Assembly (NCBI RefSeq): GCF_053078305.1
Contig: NZ_CP166879.1
Length of the DNA: 64,000 nucleotides
Reading direction: 5' to 3' (one strand)
In this document: positions 53,379 through 60,141 of the stretch, one piece after another
Position numbering within the stretch: position 1 is the stretch's first letter
Layout of the letters: the number at the start of each line of letters is the position of its first letter
Notes under the pieces: model-generated
What the model saw: the letters and a program-made list of their open reading frames with translations, nothing else
The model's database searches: none
What the model was told of the DNA's origin: nothing
Position numbers and translations under genes: made by a program

Positions 53379-54241
53379 TGCGTACGGACAATCAGGTACA
53401 TAAAGCTTTATTCACTATCCCGGCGGCAGCGTACAGCGCCGTTCCGGCAAATATCAAACCTCTGCCAGAACAAAGGAGGATCACCGGACATAAACAGACT
53501 GATGCTTATCTCTGGATTCTGGAGGTTATTCACCTGAACGAGGCCGTACATCTGGACGCAGCCGAAGCAGCACTGGAGAAACTCAAAATAACGCCGGAAG
53601 AAGCGAGTGAACGGTATGGACGTTATTTGCAGGAGATTAATGTTGATCCTTTCCAGATTGCTTTCGCAACCATAGGCATGGATAACCCGGCGCAGGCGAT
53701 CAGGAATGCCCGTGAGAATATCAAAAAAGCCGCATCAGTCAGGGCCACATTTGGCAGCTATGAGGCAGCACTCGACGATGTGGAGGCTGAGCGGATAATT
53801 CGCACCTCCCCGAAATTTATCGACGATTACTACTGGGGCTGGACTGCGGCAGAGAAAAAAGCCGGAAGTATTGACGGTGTTCGCTCAAATGAAATTGATG
53901 ATCAGCGTCGTGCATATGTTGATGGCTATCGTGATGTACTGCCAGAGCCTCATACATTGTCAGACGTTGTTCGTGAGTTTATTTACTGGGACTGGCTTTA
54001 TGAGATGCGCCAGACAGCGGGGAGAGAAACAGGGGACAAATACGGTTTCACAGGTGAACATCATGAGTCAGTATATGATCGGCAGTTCTGGCTCGAAAAT
54101 TTGCTGGGAAAAATAAAGCCTGTGACGCGTGATGAAGCGGTTGAAGTGTGTCGCTGGTTTCTGGCAAGCGGAAAAGATGAGTACATGGAAGACAATGGTT
54201 CAGCGGTCATTCTCAATCTGGTTGGGGAGTGTGAGCAATGA
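53375..54241 (+). CDS. Hypothetical protein (replication/nin-region position)
   Basis: 288-aa ORF overlapping the primase stop by 4 nt. Confidence 0.6.
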   Translation: MMRTDNQVHKALFTIPAAAYSAVPANIKPLPEQRRITGHKQTDAYLWILEVIHLNEAVHLDAAEAALEKLKITPEEASERYGRYLQEINVDPFQIAFATIGMDNPAQAIRNARENIKKAASVRATFGSYEAALDDVEAERIIRTSPKFIDDYYWGWTAAEKKAGSIDGVRSNEIDDQRRAYVDGYRDVLPEPHTLSDVVREFIYWDWLYEMRQTAGRETGDKYGFTGEHHESVYDRQFWLENLLGKIKPVTRDEAVEVCRWFLASGKDEYMEDNGSAVILNLVGECEQ

Positions 54242-54319
54242 AGCCGGAGATATCCAGTAGACATTTTCCCCCTGAGCATTCAAATCAGAAAAAGTATGGT
54301 TACAGCGGAGTACAGAATA

Positions 54320-54745
54320 ATGCGTGATATCCAACAGGTTCTGTCCCGATGGGGTGCATGGGTGGTAAATAATCATGAGAGTGTGGCATGGTCCGGCGTC
54401 GCTGCCGGATTTAAGGGAGTGATCCCATCAAAGGTTAAATCACGGCCTCAGTGTACCGATGATGATGCGCTGATTATCAGCAATTGCATGGCGCAACTGA
54501 ACGTCAACAACAGCGATTTGCATGATTTTCTGTATGATTATTATGTGTTCGGGATGACGCTTATGGGACTGGGCCGTAAGCATGAGCGCTCTGATTGCTG
54601 GGCCGGGCGGGTACTGCAAAAAGCTGAAGGTGTTATTGAGGGGATGTTGATTATGCAGGGAATAAAACTGGAAATGGACAGATACGTTGAGCGTGAACGA
54701 TCAGGGGCACAGGTCAGTCAGTTTTCCGGACATACGGGAAATTGA
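54320..54745 (+). CDS. Q: Late-gene antiterminator Q (933W-type family)
   Basis: ORF 54296..54745. I prefer Met at 54320 ([20 protein letters not shown]...[12 protein letters not shown]...[12 protein letters not shown]), which closely matches my recollection of Stx-phage Q. GGAG lies 9 nt upstream. Confidence 0.8.
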   Translation: MRDIQQVLSRWGAWVVNNHESVAWSGVAAGFKGVIPSKVKSRPQCTDDDALIISNCMAQLNVNNSDLHDFLYDYYVFGMTLMGLGRKHERSDCWAGRVLQKAEGVIEGMLIMQGIKLEMDRYVERERSGAQVSQFSGHTGN

Positions 54746-54769
54746 AAGCGCGGGGTTTTACTGTAGAAT
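54742..54769 (+). promoter_or_regulatory. Strong sigma70-type promoter overlapping the Q stop codon (hok-mRNA promoter and/or PR' equivalent)
   Basis: TTGAAA (54742-54747), a 16-nt spacer, then TAGAAT (54764-54769). The predicted start near 54775-54777 coincides with the 5' end of the hok-type mRNA fold. Confidence 0.6.
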
Positions 54770-54774
54770 GACTG

Positions 54775-55164
54775 CGGGTGCTTGAGGGGGTCTGCCTCGG
54801 GCATGCTGCCGTAAGGCAGACGGAGAAAAGCCCCAGTTAACATTACGTGTCCTGCAAGACGCTTAACATTAATCTGAGGCCCAATCTATGTCACACAACC
54901 GTAGGTTAGCCTCTTACGTGCCGGAAGGCAAGGAGAAGCAGTCTATGAAGCAGCAAAAGGCGATGTTAATTCGCCCTGATCGTCATCTGTTTAACCGTCA
55001 TAGTGACGGCACTGGTAACGAGGAAAGACCTCTGCGAGGTACGGATCCGAACCGGCCAGACGGAGGTCGCTGTCTTCGTAGACTACGAATCTGAGAAGTA
55101 AGAGACCAGGCGGGGGAGTAATCTCCCGCCACCTCTGATGTGTCAGGCATCCTCAACGCACCCG
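54775..55164 (+). other. hok/mok/sok-type type I toxin-antitoxin transcription unit (full-length mRNA architecture)
   Basis: The 5' CGGGTGCTTGAGG (54775-54787) is complementary to the 3' CCTCAACGCACCCG (55151-55164), as in tac/fbi fold-back pairing. The mok-like leader starts at ATG 54888. Leader sequences resemble plasmid R1 hok (GCTTGAGG..TCTGCCTC..., CTATGTC...AGCCTCTTAC...GCAAGGAGAAG). A 3' hairpin lies at about 55109-55130. Confidence 0.7.
54945..55101 (+). pseudogene. hok: hok/gef-family toxin gene disrupted by a +1 frameshift (extra T at 54970/54971)
   Basis: As written, the ATG at 54945 gives MKQQKAMLIRPDRHLFNRHSDG... Deleting one T restores MKQQKAMLIALIVICLTVIVTALVTRKDLCEVRIRTGQTEVAVFVDYESEK, a canonical Hok/Gef sequence, with stop at 55099-55101. 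Confidence 0.7.
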
Positions 55165-55275
55165 TACTTTATTTGTCATATGCTCCGCAAAATGCAGGTT
55201 GTCGTTGCAACCCGTGCGGTAATTTTTTGTGTGCGAGTGCTCAAAAAACGTTGATTTTCATAAAAGGATAATTTT

Positions 55276-58176
55276 ATGCTGCCAGACCAGCGACCAGCGA
55301 CCAGCGACCAGCGACCAGCGACCAGCGACCAGCGACCAGCGACCAGCGACCAGCGACCAGCGACCAGCGACCAGCGACCAGCGACCAGCGACCAGCGACC
55401 AGCGACCAGCGACCAGCGACCAGCGACCAGCGACCAGCGACCAGCGACCAGCGACCAGCGACCAGCGACCAGCGACCAGCGACCAGCGACCAGCGACCAG
55501 CGACCAGCGACCAGCGACCAGCGACCAGCGACCAGCGACCAGCGACCAGCGACCAGCGACCAGCGACCAGCGACCAGCGACCAGCGACCAGCGACCAGCG
55601 ACCAGCGACCAGCGACCAGCGACCAGCGACCAGCGACCAGCGACCAGCGACCAGCGACCAGCGACCAGCGACCAGCGACCAGCGACCAGCGACCAGCGAC
55701 CAGCGACCAGCGACCAGCGACCAGCGACCAGCGACCAGCGACCAGCGACCAGCGACCAGCGACCAGCGACCAGCGACCAGCGACCAGCGACCAGCGACCA
55801 GCGACCAGCGACCAGCGACCAGCGACCAGCGACCAGCGACCAGCGACCAGCGACCAGCGACCAGCGACCAGCGACCAGCGACCAGCGACCAGCGACCAGC
55901 GACCAGCGACCAGCGACCAGCGACCAGCGACCAGCGACCAGCGACCAGCGACCAGCGACCAGCGACCAGCGACCAGCGACCAGCGACCAGCGACCAGCGA
56001 CCAGCGACCAGCGACCAGCGACCAGCGACCAGCGACCAGCGACCAGCGACCAGCGACCAGCGACCAGCGACCAGCGACCAGCGACCAGCGACCAGCGACC
56101 AGCGACCAGCGACCAGCGACCAGCGACCGTAAATCAAGAAAGTCTGTAAAATCTGTTGAACCAGACATTGCCGACCGGGCTAACAGCTGGCTCAAATCTT
56201 ATGGACTTGATTACAAACTGGAGCAGGCACCACTTAACAACGAGATCGATAACGCACTGGATGCTTATTTTTCGAAAAATGGCGGCGCAGGCGGTAATCG
56301 TCCCGACGTAAAACTCCTTGTTCAGGACAAATACGGCAAGCAGTATCCCGTTCTCATCGAGTATAAAGGCTACAAGGACAGGCTTATCAGACTTGGCAGC
56401 AACGGTATTATTGAGAACAAAGATGCCAGAAAAGAATGGAATTTTAAAAATATTAATGGATACGCGGTGAATGGCGCAGTCCATTATGCCAACGCACTTC
56501 TTCAGTTCACCAATTACCCTGATATTATTGCTATTGGTATGACCGGCTGGCGCGATGATGATACAGGCGAACTGCATCATGAAATCGGCGTGTGGTACGT
56601 ATCAAAGAATAATTTAGGAGCCGGGCAGAAGGTTGGTGAATTCACCGACTTATCATTCCTTGCTGACAAAAATGTTGATGGATTTCTCAACAAGATAAAG
56701 CTGCTTAATCTTCCTCCCGAAGAACTGGAAAAAATCAAGGCCAGCAAAGAGGAAGAGATAGACACGCGACTTTCCCGTCTGAATAACGATATTTACCAGA
56801 ATGAAAAGGGGCTTGGTGAAAGCGATCGTGTTTACCTTGTTGTGGCTACCGTTATTGCAACGTTGGGGATTCCGGGAAAGTTAGCACCGCTGGATAAAAA
56901 AGAACTGACCTCTTCAACGGAGGAGGACTTGCGTGATGGTGATATTATTTTCAGGAAAATAAGGAATTTTTTAAGGCTGAAAGCTGTTCCTGAAACAAAA
57001 AGAGAAATGATTTTGCGCTCGTTGCAAAATACGCTGTGGACTGAAAACATTAACAAACCAGTCAACGGTGAAAGCCAGTTAAAGCGCGTGTTTGTTAAAG
57101 TTGTTGATGATCTTGGGGAGTATTACAAAATCGGACTGACCACCGATTTTACGGGCAAACTGTTTAATGAGATGTATCGCTGGCTTGGATTTACGCAGGA
57201 CAAACTCAATGACGTCGTTCTGACACCACCTTATGTTGCCACATTGCTGGCACGACTCGCCAGAGTAAACAAAGATTCCTATGTGTGGGATTTTGCTACA
57301 GGTTCTGCGGGATTGCTTGTGGCTGCAATGAATGAAATGCTCATTGACGCCAGAGAAAATATTCACTCACCGAATGAACTACAACTTAAGGAAGCGCAAA
57401 TCAAGGCTGAACAGCTTCTTGGCCTTGAGGTGTTATCCAGTATTTATATGCTGGCCATCCTGAATATGATTTTGATGGGGGATGGTAGCTCGAATATCCT
57501 CAATAAAGACTCGCTAGCCGATTTTGACGGCAAGTATGGATTTGGGAAAACAGGAGAAAAATTCCCTGCGGACGCATTTATTCTCAATCCTCCGTATTCA
57601 GCTAAAGGTAACGGCATGATTTTCGTGCAGAAGGCGCTGTCGATGATGGATAAAGGCTATGCTGCAGTGATTATCCAGAGTTCAGCCGGCACAGGAAAGG
57701 CTACGGAGTACAACAAAAAAATACTCAAGGAAAATACCTTGCTGGCAAGCATCAAAATGCCTGCGGATCTGTTTATTGGTAAATCAAGCGTTCAGACGTA
57801 CATTTACGTTTTTCAGGTAAAAATTCCGCATAACGCGAAACAGGCTGTTAAGTTTATCGACTTTTCCAATGACGGCTATGCTCGCTCTAATCGCAAAAAG
57901 GCAAGAAACAATCTTGTTGATGCCGATCGTGCAAAAGAGCGTTATCAGGAGGTTGTGGATCTGGTTCACTTCGGGAAAGGTTGCCTTAATATCTTTACGG
58001 AGGATGAATATTTTGAGGGAACAATCGATCCTGATAGTGGTGAGGACTGGAATCAGACTAGGCCAGTAGATACCAGACCGACACTGGAGGATTTTAAAAA
58101 GACGGTTGGCGACTATCTTGCGTGGGAGGTGTCAAAACTTCTTCAGGGGCGTGATGCGTCAGAAAAAAAGCAGTAA
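55276..58176 (+). CDS. Restriction-modification polypeptide: 40 x PATSDQR repeat leader + PD-ExK (HSDR_N-like) nuclease + gamma-class N6-adenine methyltransferase (BcgI-A-like, Type IIB/IIG layout)
   Basis: ATG 55276 follows AAAAGGA. After the repeat come NRPDVKLLV...YPVLIEYKG (PD...ExK), then YVWDFATGSAGLL (SAM motif I) and FILNPPYS (motif IV). No SF2 translocase domain is present. It is followed by an HsdS-like gene. Confidence 0.75.
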   Translation: MLPDQRPATSDQRPATSDQRPATSDQRPATSDQRPATSDQRPATSDQRPATSDQRPATSDQRPATSDQRPATSDQRPATSDQRPATSDQRPATSDQRPATSDQRPATSDQRPATSDQRPATSDQRPATSDQRPATSDQRPATSDQRPATSDQRPATSDQRPATSDQRPATSDQRPATSDQRPATSDQRPATSDQRPATSDQRPATSDQRPATSDQRPATSDQRPATSDQRPATSDQRPATSDQRPATSDQRPATSDQRPATSDQRPATSDQRPATSDQRPATSDRKSRKSVKSVEPDIADRANSWLKSYGLDYKLEQAPLNNEIDNALDAYFSKNGGAGGNRPDVKLLVQDKYGKQYPVLIEYKGYKDRLIRLGSNGIIENKDARKEWNFKNINGYAVNGAVHYANALLQFTNYPDIIAIGMTGWRDDDTGELHHEIGVWYVSKNNLGAGQKVGEFTDLSFLADKNVDGFLNKIKLLNLPPEELEKIKASKEEEIDTRLSRLNNDIYQNEKGLGESDRVYLVVATVIATLGIPGKLAPLDKKELTSSTEEDLRDGDIIFRKIRNFLRLKAVPETKREMILRSLQNTLWTENINKPVNGESQLKRVFVKVVDDLGEYYKIGLTTDFTGKLFNEMYRWLGFTQDKLNDVVLTPPYVATLLARLARVNKDSYVWDFATGSAGLLVAAMNEMLIDARENIHSPNELQLKEAQIKAEQLLGLEVLSSIYMLAILNMILMGDGSSNILNKDSLADFDGKYGFGKTGEKFPADAFILNPPYSAKGNGMIFVQKALSMMDKGYAAVIIQSSAGTGKATEYNKKILKENTLLASIKMPADLFIGKSSVQTYIYVFQVKIPHNAKQAVKFIDFSNDGYARSNRKKARNNLVDADRAKERYQEVVDLVHFGKGCLNIFTEDEYFEGTIDPDSGEDWNQTRPVDTRPTLEDFKKTVGDYLAWEVSKLLQGRDASEKKQ
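55285..56128 (+). repeat. Perfect heptanucleotide tandem repeat (GACCAGC) x 120 plus a partial GACC
   Basis: I checked the phase at the start of every 60-nt line and it is consistent. The six-frame translations are perfectly periodic (PATSDQR / WSLVAGR). I saw no variant unit. Confidence 0.97.
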
Positions 58177-58211
58177 ACTCCCGTCTTGCAGAGCTTGAGC
58201 GGGAGTTTATT
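58164..58211 (+). promoter_or_regulatory. Candidate -1 programmed ribosomal frameshift (or A7 slippage) cassette at the A/S junction
   Basis: A_AAA_AAG lies at 58164-58170 in the correct zero frame (GAA AAA AAG). Then comes a stem, with core ACTCCCG (58177-58183) / CGGGAGT (58200-58206), extendable to about 12 bp over 58172-58211. The -1 frame is the S-subunit frame. Confidence 0.45.
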
Positions 58212-58250
58212 AAATCTGGTGGTAAATGGGAAGAATACACAATCGAAAGA

Positions 58251-59360
58251 TTGTTCAGTATTCAGACACCTAAAAAGAAATTTAATGCCAATAAATTAAC
58301 ATTTAATGGCAACTATCCTTATGTTGCCAGAGGAAGTAACAATAACGGCATAAAAGGATATATAGATGAAGATGAATTATATCTCAACCCGGGGAATACA
58401 ATTAGCTTTGGTCAGGATACTGCGACTATGTTCTATCAGGAAAACGCATATTTCACAGGTGATAAAATAAAGATTTTTTCTCTCAGGCATGGAGAGTTAA
58501 ATTCGCGAATTGCTTTTTTTCTTATATCAGCAATGAAAAAATCTTTTTCAACGTTTAGTTGGGGGAGTAGCTCTTTTAATGAGAATGTTCTCAATAAGGT
58601 AAAGATAAATATACCTACGTTTAATAATGTTCCTGCATATAATTATATGGTAAAGTATATAGAAGAGCTGGAAGCGGCCCATATAGAAGAGCTGGAAGCG
58701 GCCCATATAGAAGAGCTGGAAGCATACCTGATAGCTGCTGGGCTGAGTGATTACCAACTAACGGAAAAAGATTATCTTATCCTGGAACATTTTAAAAATA
58801 TTGAATTTTCAGGCTTTCCTGTTACTGAGTTATTCTCAGTGTGCAATACAGGAAACATATTGTCTAGAGACATCATAGAAAATAGTGGGGATGTTCCTTA
58901 TCTTTGTGCTAGCCGTGAGAATAACTCTGTTAGTTCTTATATCGCCTATGATAACTCACTCTTGGAAAAAGGGAACTGTATTTTTATTGGTGGTAAGACA
59001 TTCGTTGTAACTTATCAGGAGCGAGACTTTTTTTCAAACGACAGTCATAATTTGCGACTCTATGTTAACAATGAGGATGGAAGGACAAAGTTTGCTTATT
59101 TGGGCATTATTTCATGTATTTATAGATCTATTTCACATAAATATTCATGGGGGGATAGTGTTAGTAATAGAAAAATTAAGAACGATGTTGTTTGGTTGCC
59201 AGTAAAAAATAAGTCACCTGACTTTTGTTATATAAATGACCTTATTTCAGTTGTTCATAAGCTTGTCATTAAAGATGTTGTCCAGTACGCAGAACGCAAA
59301 ATGAACGCATACAGGCAAGCTATAACAAGTCGCGGTTATGATGATTCTGGTGTCAGTTAA
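58251..59360 (+). CDS. Specificity (S) subunit with two target-recognition domains (HsdS / BcgI-B-like)
   Basis: 369 aa from TTG 58251. The same frame is open back to 58155 with no ATG/GTG/TTG, and it encodes S-like sequence (RLAELEREFIKSGGKWEEYTIERLF). Two TRD-like halves are separated by a helical IEELEAAH repeat. Low GC. Confidence 0.7.
   Translation: MFSIQTPKKKFNANKLTFNGNYPYVARGSNNNGIKGYIDEDELYLNPGNTISFGQDTATMFYQENAYFTGDKIKIFSLRHGELNSRIAFFLISAMKKSFSTFSWGSSSFNENVLNKVKINIPTFNNVPAYNYMVKYIEELEAAHIEELEAAHIEELEAYLIAAGLSDYQLTEKDYLILEHFKNIEFSGFPVTELFSVCNTGNILSRDIIENSGDVPYLCASRENNSVSSYIAYDNSLLEKGNCIFIGGKTFVVTYQERDFFSNDSHNLRLYVNNEDGRTKFAYLGIISCIYRSISHKYSWGDSVSNRKIKNDVVWLPVKNKSPDFCYINDLISVVHKLVIKDVVQYAERKMNAYRQAITSRGYDDSGVS
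58659..58723 (+). repeat. 24-bp tandem repeat (2 full units plus 17 nt) encoding IEELEAAH in the central helix of the S subunit
   Basis: atagaagagctggaagcggcccat at 58659-58682 and 58683-58706, then atagaagagctggaagc at 58707-58723. Confidence 0.9.
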
Positions 59361-59425
59361 AAAACATTTTACAATCGTAAAAATCCTCATATCATGATAA
59401 GAATGGTTACATTGCCACGCTGCTT

Positions 59426-59450
59426 AACCCGCCGATGCGCGGGTTTTTTG
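59426..59450 (+). terminator. Intrinsic terminator downstream of the S gene
   Basis: ACCCGC / GCGGGT stem followed by T6. Confidence 0.7.
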
Positions 59451-59630
59451 TATCCGGAATCCTGTTAGTTATACGGAAAGTACACAGAAAGGAAGGTGCG
59501 ACCGCAATTAATAACAAAATCTTAAAAATCGCATATGGCACTATTAGTTTTCTAAATATTGTATATTTTGAGTATTGTAGGATATCCCCTGTAACGAAGT
59601 TTGCGTAACAGCATTTTGCTCTACGAGTTT

Positions 59631-59660
59631 GCCAGCCTCCCCCAGTGGCTGGCTTTTTTT
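59631..59660 (+). terminator. Strong intrinsic terminator
   Basis: GCCAGCC / GGCTGGC stem with a 9-nt loop, followed by T7. It is followed by GTATCC, like the previous terminator. Confidence 0.75.
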
Positions 59661-59899
59661 GTATCCGTTCAACAGGAATGTTACATACCTCACAATTAAG
59701 TCAGTTGAAGGTTGTCTGCCCGGATGAGAATTTGTTAGAAAATTTCTGCATGGTGAATCCCCCTGAGCGGCGGGGCATATCAGCGTCACAGGTGTTTCTG
59801 TTTTACCTCTATCCTTTCTGTGCGGGTTCAGGTGCTGATACTGAACTCACCGGGAGGCACCCGGCACCATGCAGTATACAGAGATTAGGCATATACCAG

Positions 59900-59924
59900 G
59901 GCCCCTCATAGCAGGGGCCTTTTT
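59900..59924 (+). terminator. Intrinsic terminator upstream of nanS-p
   Basis: GGCCCCT / AGGGGCC stem with a 6-nt loop, followed by T5. Confidence 0.7.
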
Positions 59925-60141
59925 ACATGCAAAAAAAAGCCGCCCCGGGAAGAGCGGTTGGCAAGAAGAAAAGCAATATGAACAATTAATTAACGCTGCG
60001 AATAATACCTTACAGTAATCACCCTGCGCAACTGTGAGGAGTGTATTTCTTTTTTGCGGGTGGTTGTCTTTTTCCCTTGTGTTTCGGGACTTCCGTTCAC
60101 TCCTTATCTTATTCAGTACATTATCCCGGCCGGGAGGATTC

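Noticed and set aside
55285-56128. 120 tandem near-Chi motifs: the minus strand reads GCTGGTCG, a 7/8 match to Chi (GCTGGTGG)
   Set aside because: The mismatch is within the octamer, and I cannot say that this variant retains activity. The motif is also on the minus strand. By my reasoning that is the wrong orientation for RecBCD entering from the cos-proximal (high-coordinate) end, and it is not co-oriented with replication of this replichore. I kept it only as a curiosity.
55285-56128. Possible CRISPR array
   Set aside because: The units are 7 nt and directly abutting, with no spacers. No cas genes are nearby. This is a simple sequence repeat.
55176-56195. Long ORFs on the minus strand (55176..56195, 55274..56137; WSLVAGR repeats) and the alternative plus-frame ORF 55229..56149 across the heptamer tract
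   Set aside because: A 7-nt unit without stop triplets is open in all six frames, so these ORFs follow automatically from the repeat. The minus-strand ORFs have no flanking domain. The 55229 ORF starts at a GTG without an SD and ends 21 nt after the tract. Only the 55276 frame continues into a recognisable enzyme.
59559-59660. Candidate sRNA ending at the strong terminator 59631-59660
   Set aside because: I could not find a convincing -35/-10 pair upstream (TTGTAT / TAGGAT are wrongly spaced). It is only mentioned within the spacer finding and not called as a feature.
54746-60141. Search for stxA/stxB and the tRNA genes (ileZ/argN/argO type) expected downstream of a 933W-type Q
   Set aside because: No ORF in the interval resembles an AB5 toxin subunit. 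I found no cloverleaf-like 70-90-nt segment. The interval is fully accounted for by the hok locus, the RM genes and the terminator-rich spacer.
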